This document shows, piece after piece, positions 40,045-51,270 of a stretch of 61,679 nt of DNA (positions are counted from its first letter, which is position 1; each line of letters begins with the position of its first letter). Below the pieces are notes generated by a model. That model saw only the letters and a program-made list of their open reading frames with translations. It ran no database searches and had not been told where the DNA came from. A program made the position numbers and the translations under genes. Source of the DNA: Aquaticitalea sp. (GTDB lineage Bacteria; Bacteroidota; Bacteroidia; Flavobacteriales; Flavobacteriaceae); NCBI GenBank assembly GCA_041751535.1, contig JBGSXJ010000083.1, forward strand, positions 1 to 61,679, written 5' to 3'.

Positions 40045-41802
40045 TTAAAATAGTGGCCAGAAAATGGGTACAAAAATCATTAGTAATACAAATAATATCA
40101 GCGTTAGCGGTAAGCCTATTTTTAAAAAATCACTGAACTTATATTTTCCTGGTCCAAAAACAATAATACATGAGGGCTCAAAAGGGGCAATCAAAGAAAC
40201 GGAAGCACCCAACATGATTGCAATGGCAAAGGTACGGGGGTTTGCATCCAGCATCACGGCGGCTTCCATCGCTACTGGAAGAACGACCAAGGCCGCTGCG
40301 GCATTGCTCAAAGGTTGGGTTAGTACAATTACCAAAATCACAAAACCGCCAAGTACGAAAAGGGGACCAAAGTCGCCCAAAAGGTTTATGATGTTTTCTG
40401 CTAAATATTTAGACGCTCCCGAGTTTTCCATTGCTGTCCCAAATGCGGTCATCCCGCCAATTAGAATAAGGAGTTTCCAATTGATCACTTGATAGACCCG
40501 CTCCACATTGATGGCGCCAGAGAGCACTGTAAGCAAAGCCGCTGTCAAGAAACAAATAGATAGCGGTGCCCAGTTTAGGGTGCCTGCCAAAACTGCCAAT
40601 AGGAACACACTGGCTGCAAAAACTCCTTTTTTTTCCTTAAAGAGATTGACCCTAAAGTCACCCACAATGGAAAAATCACTAGAATTTCGGTTGGCATCAA
40701 TATTTTCCTGTGTGCCTTGTACCAGCAGGGTGTCTCCAACTTTAAGTTGAAGTCCACCAATTTTTTGTGAAACAGTCCCTCCAAAACGTTGCATGGCAAT
40801 CACCACCATATCATAATTTTGTCGAAATCGAGCCTCTTTCAAGGTGCGATTTATTAATCTAGAGCCCGGGAGTATCAATAATTCTGCAAGTATGATTTTT
40901 TCGTTTTCAACAACTTTATCGCCAATGGTATCTGCCAATACATCCAGCCCAACGGCTTCCTTGATTTTGATGAGGTCGTCCATACTGCATTCCACAATAA
41001 GAATATCATTAGCTTCTATTTGTGTTAATGAATTGGGAATGAAATCTTCATTGTTTCTAATGATTTTTAAAATGCGCACATCTTGTTTGGCAAGGTCAGA
41101 ATGAAATGCTATTTGACCGATCAATTTTGATTGTTCAGAGACTACTACTTCAGATAAATATTGGGCGATATCATATCGCTCATTGTATCCACCTTCCTTA
41201 TGATCTGGAAGCAATTTCTTATAACAAAGTAGTGTAAAAATGATACCGGTAGCAAGGAATATGAGACCAATCCATAAGATTTCAAAGAACTGTAATGGTT
41301 CGAGGCCTTCTTGGACAATATAACCACTCACCGCCACATTGGTAGAGGTGCCAATAAGCGTACAGGTGCCCCCAAGAATGGAAGCAAATGCCACAGGAAT
41401 TAAAACTTTGGAAGGACTCAATTGGAGCTTACGGCACATCCCAATCACAGGGCCTGTGACCAAAGCCGTCACCGTCGTATTGTTCATAAATGCTGAAAGC
41501 GTCCCAGTGATAAACATGGTATAGCCTACAAAAAGGTTCTTGCTCTTCACGGTCCTAATCATCTGAGAACCAACTTTATCTAGCAATCCGGTTTCGGCAA
41601 GTGCGCCCGAAATGACAAATATGGAGGCCAAAATGATGATGAAATCGCTGCTAAACCCTTGAAACGCTTCTTGTGGCGTAATAATTCCCGCAAAGGATAA
41701 GATGAGCAATAAGCCAATAGTGACGATGTCTATCGAGAATTTATCGGTAGCAAAGAGAATAATGGCGATGACCAACAAACCAATCACGAGGGCTATTTCC
41801 AT
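40045..41802 (-). CDS. SLC13/DASS family permease with TrkA-C (RCK-C) domains
   Basis: SAFMNNT, SPSK.LIP..FASILGG..TLIGTSTN, two RCK-C repeats, SNAAAA, GPG.Y.F.DF.K.G.P. Confidence 0.93.
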   Translation of the reverse strand: MEIALVIGLLVIAIILFATDKFSIDIVTIGLLLILSFAGIITPQEAFQGFSSDFIIILASIFVISGALAETGLLDKVGSQMIRTVKSKNLFVGYTMFITGTLSAFMNNTTVTALVTGPVIGMCRKLQLSPSKVLIPVAFASILGGTCTLIGTSTNVAVSGYIVQEGLEPLQFFEILWIGLIFLATGIIFTLLCYKKLLPDHKEGGYNERYDIAQYLSEVVVSEQSKLIGQIAFHSDLAKQDVRILKIIRNNEDFIPNSLTQIEANDILIVECSMDDLIKIKEAVGLDVLADTIGDKVVENEKIILAELLILPGSRLINRTLKEARFRQNYDMVVIAMQRFGGTVSQKIGGLQLKVGDTLLVQGTQENIDANRNSSDFSIVGDFRVNLFKEKKGVFAASVFLLAVLAGTLNWAPLSICFLTAALLTVLSGAINVERVYQVINWKLLILIGGMTAFGTAMENSGASKYLAENIINLLGDFGPLFVLGGFVILVIVLTQPLSNAAAALVVLPVAMEAAVMLDANPRTFAIAIMLGASVSLIAPFEPSCIIVFGPGKYKFSDFLKIGLPLTLILFVLLMIFVPIFWPLF

Positions 41803-41954
41803 AGACGAAACTATTAGAGGTGCTTGTTATCAACTGTTAAGTTGAACTAAAACGTCAATACCTGGTCTGACAATTTTGAACTAAAGATATGAATTTCCCT
41901 AATTGAGTGTTATGCTATTGTTGAATTTAAAGATTGGCTTTTAAAACTGCCTTT

Positions 41955-42458
41955 TTATTGATCAGACAACTCACTTTTTAAATCCGCAAGATCGAGCGGA
42001 TTGGTGTACATGTCGAGACTGCCATCAGGCTTTTGTGGCCATTGCTCTTTTGGCTTGTCCCAACAGAGTTCCACGCCATTGCCATCAGGGTCGTCAAGAT
42101 AAATAGCTTCGGATACACCATGATCGGAAGCTCCAGTAATTGGATAGCTGACATTTCTTAAACGCACAAAGATGGTTGCCAAATCTTTACGTGTAGGATA
42201 GAGTATGGCAGTGTGAAACAATCCGGGTGAGTGTCTTGGAGCTGGAGGGGCATCTTTACTTAACCAAACATTGAGACCGATATGATGGTGATAGCCACCA
42301 GCAGCTATAAACGCTGCATCTTCACCATACTTGGTAGTGATTTTAAAGCCCAACAAATCACAATAAAACGCCAATGAACGTTCAAGGTTGGATACTTTGA
42401 GGTGGATGTGCCCAATGCGCACTCCGTCAGGTATGTTGTAAGTCGGTAGGTTATGCAT
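41955..42458 (-). CDS. VOC/glyoxalase family protein (CatE-like)
   Basis: IGH.HLKV, GGYHHHIGLN.W, GLFH.AIL.P, SDHGVSEAIYL.DPDGNGVEL. Confidence 0.92.
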   Translation of the reverse strand: MHNLPTYNIPDGVRIGHIHLKVSNLERSLAFYCDLLGFKITTKYGEDAAFIAAGGYHHHIGLNVWLSKDAPPAPRHSPGLFHTAILYPTRKDLATIFVRLRNVSYPITGASDHGVSEAIYLDDPDGNGVELCWDKPKEQWPQKPDGSLDMYTNPLDLADLKSELSDQ

Positions 42459-42511
42459 TTGGTTTTTTTTAAATGAAGCTCACAGTCCTATTCAAATATA
42501 TGATTAGCTAT

Positions 42512-43855
42512 TTAATTCAGTTCTGAAATCTTTTCCAGTTTTTTCTCAAACTCCAGTTTGTCAATGGCATGGTTGACATTCATTTTCTCAATGAGAGTCT
42601 TGTTTTTTTGAGATAATTTCAGCACCAAGGCGTCGGTATTTGAAGCGATGTTACTGATTTTTACAACCTGTTCAAATTTGTCCACAAACTTATTATTGGC
42701 GTTTATTTTACTTTCTTGAATCTCTCGGTATCGATTGTATAAATCCCTAGAACGATTCTTGATTTCTAAAGACATGTTGGTCATGACAAATAAATGATCT
42801 CTATTGCTCTTTTCATCATTCTTTATGCGTTCAAATTCTTCTGAAAGTTGAATGGTAATCTCTCGTATGTTGTTGTTTTTGTTCAATGAAAATGCAGGAT
42901 TTACCTTTTTTATAGGGGTTTCCAATGCAAAACAAAACTCTTTTAATTCGATACCTAAAATATCCACATCATTTCTAATGGTTTGAAGCGTAATTTGATA
43001 ATCATTATCCAATTTTGCCATATTATCATAGAATAGAATTATGGGCTTCAGATCTTTAAAGACACTATTTTGGCATGCTATTGTTTTTTGGACTAACTGA
43101 TCTTGGTACTCTTTTTTAATATTTTTTTTGTCAAATAGATTGATCACCAAGCCAGACAAGGTACCGATAAGGCTTTTAATATTGGAACCATAGGGAATTA
43201 TTCCTACAACATCAGTCATAAGCTGGTTGTCCATAATAGATGTGACCACTTTAGATGCGCCGTCAATTTTATCTTTCATTTCCGCCTTCTTACTATCGCT
43301 ATTGATCATGACCTCGTCCACAAGTGCTTTATAATTAGATGTCAGCACATGCTGTAAGGTATCACTCAATTTAAAACCCATCGAACCCGATTGTGGGTTG
43401 ATGATACGGCGTAGCTCCAAAGCGAGTTCTTCACTGGTCACTTTTTCATCCAATTGGCTGTATTTGTCACCATAAAATTTGATGTATTGGTAAAAATTTT
43501 CCTGTATATCTTGGTTTCTCACAATACTTAAAGCAAAATTTTTCCTTTTTTCCGAATCGCTGATTTGAAGGTTTTTTTCTATGGATTCTGTCCTGTTGTC
43601 TAACTTGCTATACGAGGAATGTGCACGTTCTAAAAACTCCTCAAATTTGGTATTTACAGACTGAATCCCCGAGTTGGTTTCACCTTTAGTATTTTCAATG
43701 GATGATTGAAGGGATGTATATAATTTGTTGAGTTCTTTGATATCTTTTTTGAGTTCCTTGATCTGTTTTTCAGTACTGTCAGGCATTACCTGTTGGCCAT
43801 GAGACATTGAAGAAACAGTCATTAGGAAAAGAAATAATAGGTTGTATTTTTTCAT
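42512..43855 (-). CDS. Secreted coiled-coil hypothetical protein
   Basis: Signal peptide, long heptad-rich helices, one central Gly-rich hydrophobic hairpin. Confidence 0.75.
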   Translation of the reverse strand: MKKYNLLFLFLMTVSSMSHGQQVMPDSTEKQIKELKKDIKELNKLYTSLQSSIENTKGETNSGIQSVNTKFEEFLERAHSSYSKLDNRTESIEKNLQISDSEKRKNFALSIVRNQDIQENFYQYIKFYGDKYSQLDEKVTSEELALELRRIINPQSGSMGFKLSDTLQHVLTSNYKALVDEVMINSDSKKAEMKDKIDGASKVVTSIMDNQLMTDVVGIIPYGSNIKSLIGTLSGLVINLFDKKNIKKEYQDQLVQKTIACQNSVFKDLKPIILFYDNMAKLDNDYQITLQTIRNDVDILGIELKEFCFALETPIKKVNPAFSLNKNNNIREITIQLSEEFERIKNDEKSNRDHLFVMTNMSLEIKNRSRDLYNRYREIQESKINANNKFVDKFEQVVKISNIASNTDALVLKLSQKNKTLIEKMNVNHAIDKLEFEKKLEKISELN

Positions 43856-44460
43856 TTTTATTATTGATTATTAGAAATCATTAAGTTTATAATAATTTAT
43901 TTAGAGAGTTAATTAACGAAAATATTACTTTTTAAGTATGAATTGCATTTTTTAGTTGAAAAAATCGTTGGCCTCGTTGGTATTGAATTTGTTAATACAG
44001 AATTGCCTCCGCTATATAAAAGACATTATTCGGGTTTTATAATTAGGAATATATTTTCACATATCACTACATTTGAAAAACCATCCATCCATCAATATAT
44101 ATACCAAAATTTCATTCCTTATTTGAGCCCAGCATTCACGCACCTTTGAATGGTATGTATTCGGGTAGACACCCATTTTCATAATAAATCCCGAGCAAAC
44201 GTTGAGCATACGATGGAAAACATACGTGTAATTTATCCATTTTTTGGTTTAAATATTTGGAAATCTCTCAATGCCCTGCTAGATTATAACTTTCTATCAT
44301 GCAAAGAATTAGAGCGTTGAGGTTGCTTGTACGAGCCATCGGAATTGGGTAAGGAAGGAAAACCAGTTTTGGGCTGCATTCCAATTGGCCAAAAGGGTTT
44401 AGGTGTAATGTGCATTCGTATTAAGGCATGTGACACTTTAGGTCCAGGCGTATGGTCGAA

Positions 44461-45186
44461 CTACCTGTATTCTGGATTTTCAAAGTTCCAACGGGCGCCA
44501 TCATCCCATCGTTCCCGTGAGTTGCCATAAGCAGGATAGCCATCCTGTTTTTTGAGCATCGATGCCAAATGCAGTAGATTGTAAGTCATAAAGGTAGTAT
44601 TCCGATTCGTAAAGTTACTATCAAAGCCGACAGGGGGCGAGATAGGTTTGTCTTTCCACTCGGTGTCCCCATAACTTGGACCTGGTCCCACTACACCAAT
44701 CCAACCAGCATCAGCCTGTGGCGGTATGGAATATCCTACGTGCTGCAACGAATACAGGATCCCCATAGCGCAGTGCTTTACGCCGTCTTCATTGCCCGTA
44801 ATTATACAGCCACCTGCTTTTCCGTAAAATATATACTGGCCTCTGTCGTTGGTTTCGCCACTCATGGCATATAGACGTTCGATGAGTTTTTGCGCTTCAG
44901 AGGACTTCTCTCCCAGCCAAATCGGTGTACCTACAATTAGGATATCTGCTGCCATCACTTTTTTGAAAAGCACTGGCCATTCGTCTTGGTCCCAGCCATA
45001 CTCGGTCATATCGGGATAGACTCCAGGCGGCACATCGTGATCTACCAATCGAACCTCTTCCACACTTACCTTCTCCTTTTTCATGATGTCCATGGATACC
45101 TTGATAAGGGTAGAGGTATGGCTTTCTTGAGGTGATTTTTTGAGCGTGCAATTAATGTAGAGGGCTTTTAAGTTGCTGAAGTCCAT
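44461..45186 (-). CDS. Flavodoxin-like NADPH-dependent FMN reductase family protein
   Basis: NCTLK.SP..SHT, ADIL..GTPIWLG..SS, ITGNEDG.KH, PGPSY. Confidence 0.9.
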   Translation of the reverse strand: MDFSNLKALYINCTLKKSPQESHTSTLIKVSMDIMKKEKVSVEEVRLVDHDVPPGVYPDMTEYGWDQDEWPVLFKKVMAADILIVGTPIWLGEKSSEAQKLIERLYAMSGETNDRGQYIFYGKAGGCIITGNEDGVKHCAMGILYSLQHVGYSIPPQADAGWIGVVGPGPSYGDTEWKDKPISPPVGFDSNFTNRNTTFMTYNLLHLASMLKKQDGYPAYGNSRERWDDGARWNFENPEYR

Positions 45187-45349
45187 AAGCGTGGTGTTGG
45201 TTTTGATGATATGTTTAAAGTCCAGACATCAAAGGGTTGCTTACCAAAGTTCAGGAATAATTGGCAGATATTCAAGAAAAGCTTCTAATTTAAAGCTAAT
45301 TTAATAACAAATAGCTGTGTGCGATATAGAAGCCATCAGAAAAGGCGTA

Positions 45350-46399
45350 TTAAGTTTCCTCATTAAAAAATATCTTGTAGTAGTGCATTTTCTTGACATC
45401 GTCATAGCCACGTTCTAAGTATTCGGCGGAAGCATCAGGTGCGTCGACATCAAGCTTAATCTGTATGTTGGTATCGAGTTTGATTTCGGTCTTTAGTTTT
45501 TGTTTCTGTTTTTTGAGGACAATTTCGGAGACATCAAATTGGTTTCTGATTAATACAGATCGATCAGTTTCAAATCCTTTTTTATAATCGTCAAAAAGTT
45601 CCTTGTGCTGCTCATCGCCAAAGACATCGTCTTTAAACAATTCTACATTGATGACTTCATTCTCCTTAAAAAAATCGATGGTCTTTGCCAAGAAAGTGCT
45701 TTTCTCCTGAAGGCCAAAGGTGGGTTTTAGGATGTCATCAGAAAACTCCTTGCAAAGCTCAATGTAGTTTTTGGTGTGCTGGTTGGCATCATCTGGATAT
45801 TTGACATTTAAAAAATGCTTGGTCCAATACTGGGTGTCATAACTATTGTTATCCACGCTCAAGATGATGTTGCCTTCGGTATCGGCAGTATTCAAAATCA
45901 ACACTCCTTTATCAACTTTTTTGGTAGGGATGCCTTTTTGGGTAATGATGTCGTAGCTTTTGTTTTCGAGATAGGTTTGGAAAAATTCGGTCTTATTTTC
46001 AATTTTAAAAATCCCAATGGCCTTCACAAACATATCGTCATATTGGATATCTTCAAATAAGCATACCAACACGTCGCCCGTTTTGATCTGTGCGGAATTA
46101 CTCTGCTCAAACAAATGTGTTACGATGTGTTTTGAGATTTCGACAAAATTGCTTTCGTCAACAAATAATTGTGCCGCATAACTATTGATCTCGTTGAGGT
46201 TGATGTTGGAGTGGTGGTTGAACCGATAACTCTCCACAACGCTGCCAAATGGCCGCAACAAATAGGACAACATCAGGTCGTAACTGACTTCGTCGAAATC
46301 AATAGGTTGTTCGGAAAAGGCATTTTTAGTGCTGTTGAACTTGTTGCCGACCTTATGTAGGATGCATTTATTAAAGGCTGCTTTGCTGCGTTTGATCAT
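45350..46399 (-). CDS. Nucleoid-associated protein (NdpA/YejK, NA37 family)
   Basis: I.H.VGNK, LF.QS....IK.G, IGIFK.E.K, DKG.LI, YW...FL, IKLD.N, ERGYD. Confidence 0.88.
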   Translation of the reverse strand: MIKRSKAAFNKCILHKVGNKFNSTKNAFSEQPIDFDEVSYDLMLSYLLRPFGSVVESYRFNHHSNINLNEINSYAAQLFVDESNFVEISKHIVTHLFEQSNSAQIKTGDVLVCLFEDIQYDDMFVKAIGIFKIENKTEFFQTYLENKSYDIITQKGIPTKKVDKGVLILNTADTEGNIILSVDNNSYDTQYWTKHFLNVKYPDDANQHTKNYIELCKEFSDDILKPTFGLQEKSTFLAKTIDFFKENEVINVELFKDDVFGDEQHKELFDDYKKGFETDRSVLIRNQFDVSEIVLKKQKQKLKTEIKLDTNIQIKLDVDAPDASAEYLERGYDDVKKMHYYKIFFNEET

Positions 46400-46460
46400 G
46401 ATGTGCTATCGCGTATTTGAAGATTGCAATACTACATAATTTATGCTTGGAATAAAAGTT

Positions 46461-46486
46461 AAAACGCCAAAGAAGATTCTTTGGCG
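46461..46486 (-). terminator. Terminator of the OmpA-family gene
   Basis: CGCCAAAGAA/TTCTTTGGCG perfect inverted repeat with an A run on the left. Confidence 0.65.
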
Positions 46487-46518
46487 CCTAATAGATTGAG
46501 GCCTCGATTTGGTTATCG

Positions 46519-47853
46519 TTATATTTTGATAAATTCCACGCGACGGTTTTGAGATTTACCTTCGGTTGTGGCATTATCTCCTACAGGAGCGCTTTCACCT
46601 TTACCATCGGTCTGCAAACGCTCTGAAGGTACATTGTAGATGTTGACCAACGCATTTTTTACCGCTTCGGCGCGCTCTTTTGAGAGTTGCATATTGGCTT
46701 CATCGCTGCCGTCCGCATCAGTATGTCCAACTATGTTGAGTTTTATGCTCCCGTCCTCATTGAGCACTTGCGCAATTTGATAGATTATACCCAAAGATGG
46801 TGGTTGTATGGTTGACGAACCCGAATCGAATAGAATTCCATTGGTAGAGACTCGGCCTTCACTCATTAAGGTACGGCGAAGGTCAAGACCGCCTTCCGCA
46901 ACTTTGAGATTTCTTATTAGAACGCGTTCTTCTTGATCCTTTAGTCCATCAATATGAAACTTGATATAGTTGAGTACATTTAATTCTTGTACTAGTTTTG
47001 GAATGTCTACATACTTCACTTCATTCACCCAAAGTCTAAATCTATTTTTGGTCACCGAGATGGCAATATGTGGCTGGTTAAGGACTGCATTCCGTATGTC
47101 AGCTGTAATATTGCTATTAATACCACCTGACTTTCTGTTGAAATGATTCCGAACTTTAATATCAAACACACCATACTGCCCTAATGGCAATGACATCTCT
47201 ACAAAATGATGAGAACCAGGCTGAAATGCATTATCATCCGTGATAAAGAAGGCCAATCGTGCAACGGAAGAGGTTTTTTTGCTGATACCTTGCGTGCGTA
47301 CATCGAATTCTATGGTATAATCTTCGGGAAGGTTCTTTAATTCAGGAATGTAAAAAATGCCATAACCCGCTTTCATTTCAAACCAATGGCCTTCGACATT
47401 GTTTATTTTTACTACTTCGCCAGAGGCATTGGTATCCCATTTTGAGGGAAAATCACCAATGAAATCTTGCGAAAAATCATCAAAAAATAAGACCTTTTCT
47501 CCAGGGACAAAATCAAACTTACTATAGGTCTGCAATTCATCTGAAACGTTTGAATTTTTTGCCCTCGTATCCTTGTTTTCATTGCTAGTTGTAGCGGTGT
47601 TTATAGGCTGTTCTTTAGGGAGTTTATTAAGCTCATTGGAGGCCATGTCAGTTGGTGACTTTTGACTCCGATCTAATAGGGAATCCAAGACTTGGCCGGT
47701 TTCCGTTCCGGTTTTTTGCTCCAATTTACGTTCTACAGTTTGCTCTGCTTTTTTTTGGAGCTTTTTTAGAGTTTGAGCATGGCTAACGGGTGATGTACAT
47801 AAAGCCATCACCAAAACACAAAAGAGATGTGTGAATGAACAATGGGTTTTCAT
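46519..47853 (-). CDS. OmpA-family peptidoglycan-binding protein
   Basis: Signal peptide; KFDFVPG...FFDDF....GDFP.KW beta-sandwich; C-terminal GHTD.DG...N..LS..RA..V, NRRVEF. Confidence 0.92.
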   Translation of the reverse strand: MKTHCSFTHLFCVLVMALCTSPVSHAQTLKKLQKKAEQTVERKLEQKTGTETGQVLDSLLDRSQKSPTDMASNELNKLPKEQPINTATTSNENKDTRAKNSNVSDELQTYSKFDFVPGEKVLFFDDFSQDFIGDFPSKWDTNASGEVVKINNVEGHWFEMKAGYGIFYIPELKNLPEDYTIEFDVRTQGISKKTSSVARLAFFITDDNAFQPGSHHFVEMSLPLGQYGVFDIKVRNHFNRKSGGINSNITADIRNAVLNQPHIAISVTKNRFRLWVNEVKYVDIPKLVQELNVLNYIKFHIDGLKDQEERVLIRNLKVAEGGLDLRRTLMSEGRVSTNGILFDSGSSTIQPPSLGIIYQIAQVLNEDGSIKLNIVGHTDADGSDEANMQLSKERAEAVKNALVNIYNVPSERLQTDGKGESAPVGDNATTEGKSQNRRVEFIKI

Positions 47854-48000
47854 TATTAAAGACTTCTAATAGATTGATTAATAGCGTCTTTAAAGATACT
47901 AAAACTATAGATACGTCACTAACAGAATGTATGATTTGTTGCAAATAAACTATCAATGGCATCTAATTGTAAGATTTGGAATATGCCTCGTATATAATCA

Positions 48001-50442
48001 TCAATTTAAATGATATATGAGGATGGAATTACTATCGCCTTTGGTAACGAATTCCAGACCTTTTCCGTTGTTGATATTACCGAGCTCAATAGCCGAATTT
48101 CCATAAACAGGAAAGTTATTGATCTCTTTGCCCAAGCTATCAAAAAGATATACTTTTTTGGTTTGCAGATCGGTAACTGAAACATAAATTTTATCGTTGA
48201 GGTAAAATATCCTTGGGGAAGTATAGATGCCAAAATCCAGTTCTATCTTATTGGACTTAATGTTTAGGATGTTATCTGACAAGGTGACCAAAGTTTTGCT
48301 GGTTGATGTCATCGCATGCTTTTCACCAAGATTGAGATTTAGACTCGTTAATTTTCCATTTTCATCAATTTGTATTAAATCACCTTTGTCCGTCGATGTG
48401 GTGAATTTGTTTTCATACATTAAAATATCGTTACCAGAAAAGGTAATATTATTCTTCACGTTGATTCTGGTTTTGCCAACCCTGTCCAAGATTTCCAGTT
48501 CCTTGCCTTGCACAAAAACAATGTAATCCTTTTTGCCTATCCTAAAATGGCTTGGTTGCGTGTTAATCGTATTGTCAGCTTTTTTATAGGTAAAGCCTTT
48601 GACGCTGTTGCCTTGTTGATCATAGATCAATAAGGTTTTGCCTTGGGTTACCAGCAAACGATAATCACGCTTGTTGTCATAATCAAAAACCGATAAAGGT
48701 TGCGTAATATTGTCATTAAATTTTAACGGAAATGGCGAAACGTCTTTACCGTTCCTGTCCAGTACATACACCCTGTTTGGTGTTGCAAAGGCGAGTTGCA
48801 ACCGCCCATTTTTGTACATATCGATTTGCGAGATGCTTCCTAATAACTTACCTTCCAATTGTTTTTTCCACAGTACTTTACCGTCATTGGATATAAGATA
48901 AAGGTTGTTTTTTACATCTTGGACTACAATTTCCATTTGGTTATTGGTGTGGTTATTTACCAGTTGAGGATCGGTCAATAGATCGTTATCCAAGGTCACA
49001 CTAATATCCTCCGATACCGAGTTGGCAGTCGCTTTTCCTTTATTTTTCTTAATGATGGCGTTGACGTGTGCGAAATCGGAATCCTGAATAAACTGAATTG
49101 CCGAAGCCTTAAACGCATCAATCTTTAATTCTTTTTGTTGAGAAAAATTGGCATCGAGGATTTGATTAAAACGTGAAGCATTCGCAAACACAAATAAAGA
49201 CGACTCATCGCTCAAGTGTTCCATGATGCTTTTAAATGCAGCAGTTTCAAACAAAGTGGCATTATTTTGATAACTTGAAATAATGTCCTTCATTAAAGCA
49301 TCACTATCAGTAAACACAAAAAAGTCATCAACATTGGCATATTTTGAAGCGTTTTTGTATGTTATAAACGGTGCAAAATGTCGGTCAAACAATTCTGGAT
49401 TTTCATAGGGAAATATTGCAATATCCCTAAAGGTTTCAAGAGCATTCTGGGTCAATAATAAATCACTCATTGCAGATGCATCTAGAGAATTTATGATGAT
49501 GGCTTGTTCGTTGCCCCTATATATGACGCCTAGCTCTGTCACTGTCTCGAAAAGCATTGAGGAGGTTTCGGTTTTCTGATTATTAAATTTCGAGAGGTTA
49601 TCGTTAAAAGTAGTATAGTTATTAAAAGTAAAGCTCAAAAAGCCATCCGCATTTGGAGGACAAATTTTGGAGACTCGGTTTTCTTGAGGAAGGGTATTCT
49701 TAAATACATTGATTAAACTTTTGGAGGAATCTGTGGCCTTGACAATACCATTAAATGCCATTTGATCTTGAGATAGATCGGCATCGAGCAACATATAATT
49801 GGTGAGCTGTACTTCGTTCAGTGCATCTGTCAGGAAAAACGAAGGAACTAATTTTTGGTGCTTTGTATTGAAGAGAATTGATACAGATTTATCGGAATTG
49901 GCAGTTCTATAGAGCGTTTCAAGTTCTGAATCGACGCTTCTATCATCATTGAATGCATTTTCAGTAAGCTTTTGGTCGTTGGAGGCAAAAAAGATGCTAT
50001 CCTTTATAGTACTATATAAAACATGCTTGTCGATAGTGGTTTTTGATATCGTTAACCTATTAAAGATATATGTCTCTACTGTTCGGTTGGCAACAGAGTC
50101 TAAATTAAACAAGCCTTTATGATATTTTGTGATGAGTGCTATTTGCAAACTATCCGTGGCCGATTTGCCAATACTCATCAAAACATTATCCGATGGTTTT
50201 AGGTAGTTCAAATAGTCTAATTGCGATTGCATTTTTGCTATAGCGGTGTATTCAGACACACCGTTTAACAGACTGTTGTTTTTAAATACACTTTTTAGAC
50301 CTTCTATAGACGATGTTTTTATAATGACCGAAGCATTTTCAGGAACCCATGAAATCAAGTTGGAACGTCGCATTGAATCGTTCTCGCAGCCTATTAATAA
50401 AATAAGCACAAAAGGAATCAGGGGCCAAACTTTTTTCATCAT
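48001..50442 (-). CDS. Large conserved hypothetical lipoprotein (DUF3352-like N-terminus, beta-propeller C-terminus)
   Basis: Lipobox LIGC; QD..N.LYLI...G..LW, D.Y.NG.LQ..F, FDYD..RDYR, FPV.G repeats; TATATTTG promoter element at 50463-50456. Confidence 0.75.
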   Translation of the reverse strand: MMKKVWPLIPFVLILLIGCENDSMRRSNLISWVPENASVIIKTSSIEGLKSVFKNNSLLNGVSEYTAIAKMQSQLDYLNYLKPSDNVLMSIGKSATDSLQIALITKYHKGLFNLDSVANRTVETYIFNRLTISKTTIDKHVLYSTIKDSIFFASNDQKLTENAFNDDRSVDSELETLYRTANSDKSVSILFNTKHQKLVPSFFLTDALNEVQLTNYMLLDADLSQDQMAFNGIVKATDSSKSLINVFKNTLPQENRVSKICPPNADGFLSFTFNNYTTFNDNLSKFNNQKTETSSMLFETVTELGVIYRGNEQAIIINSLDASAMSDLLLTQNALETFRDIAIFPYENPELFDRHFAPFITYKNASKYANVDDFFVFTDSDALMKDIISSYQNNATLFETAAFKSIMEHLSDESSLFVFANASRFNQILDANFSQQKELKIDAFKASAIQFIQDSDFAHVNAIIKKNKGKATANSVSEDISVTLDNDLLTDPQLVNNHTNNQMEIVVQDVKNNLYLISNDGKVLWKKQLEGKLLGSISQIDMYKNGRLQLAFATPNRVYVLDRNGKDVSPFPLKFNDNITQPLSVFDYDNKRDYRLLVTQGKTLLIYDQQGNSVKGFTYKKADNTINTQPSHFRIGKKDYIVFVQGKELEILDRVGKTRINVKNNITFSGNDILMYENKFTTSTDKGDLIQIDENGKLTSLNLNLGEKHAMTSTSKTLVTLSDNILNIKSNKIELDFGIYTSPRIFYLNDKIYVSVTDLQTKKVYLFDSLGKEINNFPVYGNSAIELGNINNGKGLEFVTKGDSNSILIYHLN

Positions 50443-50468
50443 GAAGGAATTTATGCAAATATAAAAAG

Positions 50469-51071
50469 TTAGAAGTCTAATTTCAGTTGTTCGTGTAATA
50501 ATCTGAATGATTTTCGGTGATATTTTGTAATCCCATATGTTGCAATGGCCTGACGGTGTTCGAACGTTGGATACCCTTTGTTCTGTTTCCAGTTATACAT
50601 TGGGTATTCCTCATGAATTTGGCACATATAGGCATCCCGGTATGTTTTCGCCAATATGGAAGCGGCAGCAATATTCAGATATTTTCCATCCCCTTTTATG
50701 ACGGTCTCATACGGAATTGTTTTGTAAGGTTTAAATCGGTTGCCATCCACACTAATAAATTCAGGAACTATCGGCAATGCCTCAATGGCCTGATGCATTG
50801 CCAAAATAGAAGCATTAAGAATATTAATCGCATCAATCTCTTCTTGAAACACATGAAAAACGGAAAAGGCGATCGCATCCCTTTCAATAATGGATTTTAA
50901 GTTATTGCGTTTAAGCCGAGATAGTTTTTTTGAGTCATTTAACACATCATTCCAAAAAGTATTTGGTAAGATTACAGCTCCAGCCGTTACTGGGCCGGCA
51001 AGACAACCGCGTCCAGCTTCATCTATTCCACATTCAAATTCACAATTTGTTAACGTTAGTTGTAAGGTCAA
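50469..51071 (-). CDS. rnhB: Ribonuclease HII
   Basis: [27 protein letters not shown]....[22 protein letters not shown]; TTG start; TAACTTTG promoter element at 51095-51088. Confidence 0.97.
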   Translation of the reverse strand: MTLQLTLTNCEFECGIDEAGRGCLAGPVTAGAVILPNTFWNDVLNDSKKLSRLKRNNLKSIIERDAIAFSVFHVFQEEIDAINILNASILAMHQAIEALPIVPEFISVDGNRFKPYKTIPYETVIKGDGKYLNIAAASILAKTYRDAYMCQIHEEYPMYNWKQNKGYPTFEHRQAIATYGITKYHRKSFRLLHEQLKLDF

Positions 51072-51270
51072 AATGTTAAAGTTTGAACAAAGTTAAAATT
51101 TTAACGCAACCATTTAAAACAATATGCATCTAGCATATGTAATACTGGGCGTTACCTATTGTTATGAAGCTGTGCCGACAATTTAAAATTAACATTTTTT
51201 TATGGCAAAAACTTGTTTAATTAATATTTTATTAAGATGTTTGCGCAAGACTAACTCAAATAATTGTTTT

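Noticed and set aside
43943-44530. 68-aa and 67-aa plus-strand ORFs
   Set aside because: TTG starts, no motifs, and one overlaps the flavodoxin gene antisense
45350-46399. Nucleoid-associated protein as a defence gene
   Set aside because: Stand-alone, normal composition, and no partner nuclease, ATPase or membrane effector next to it
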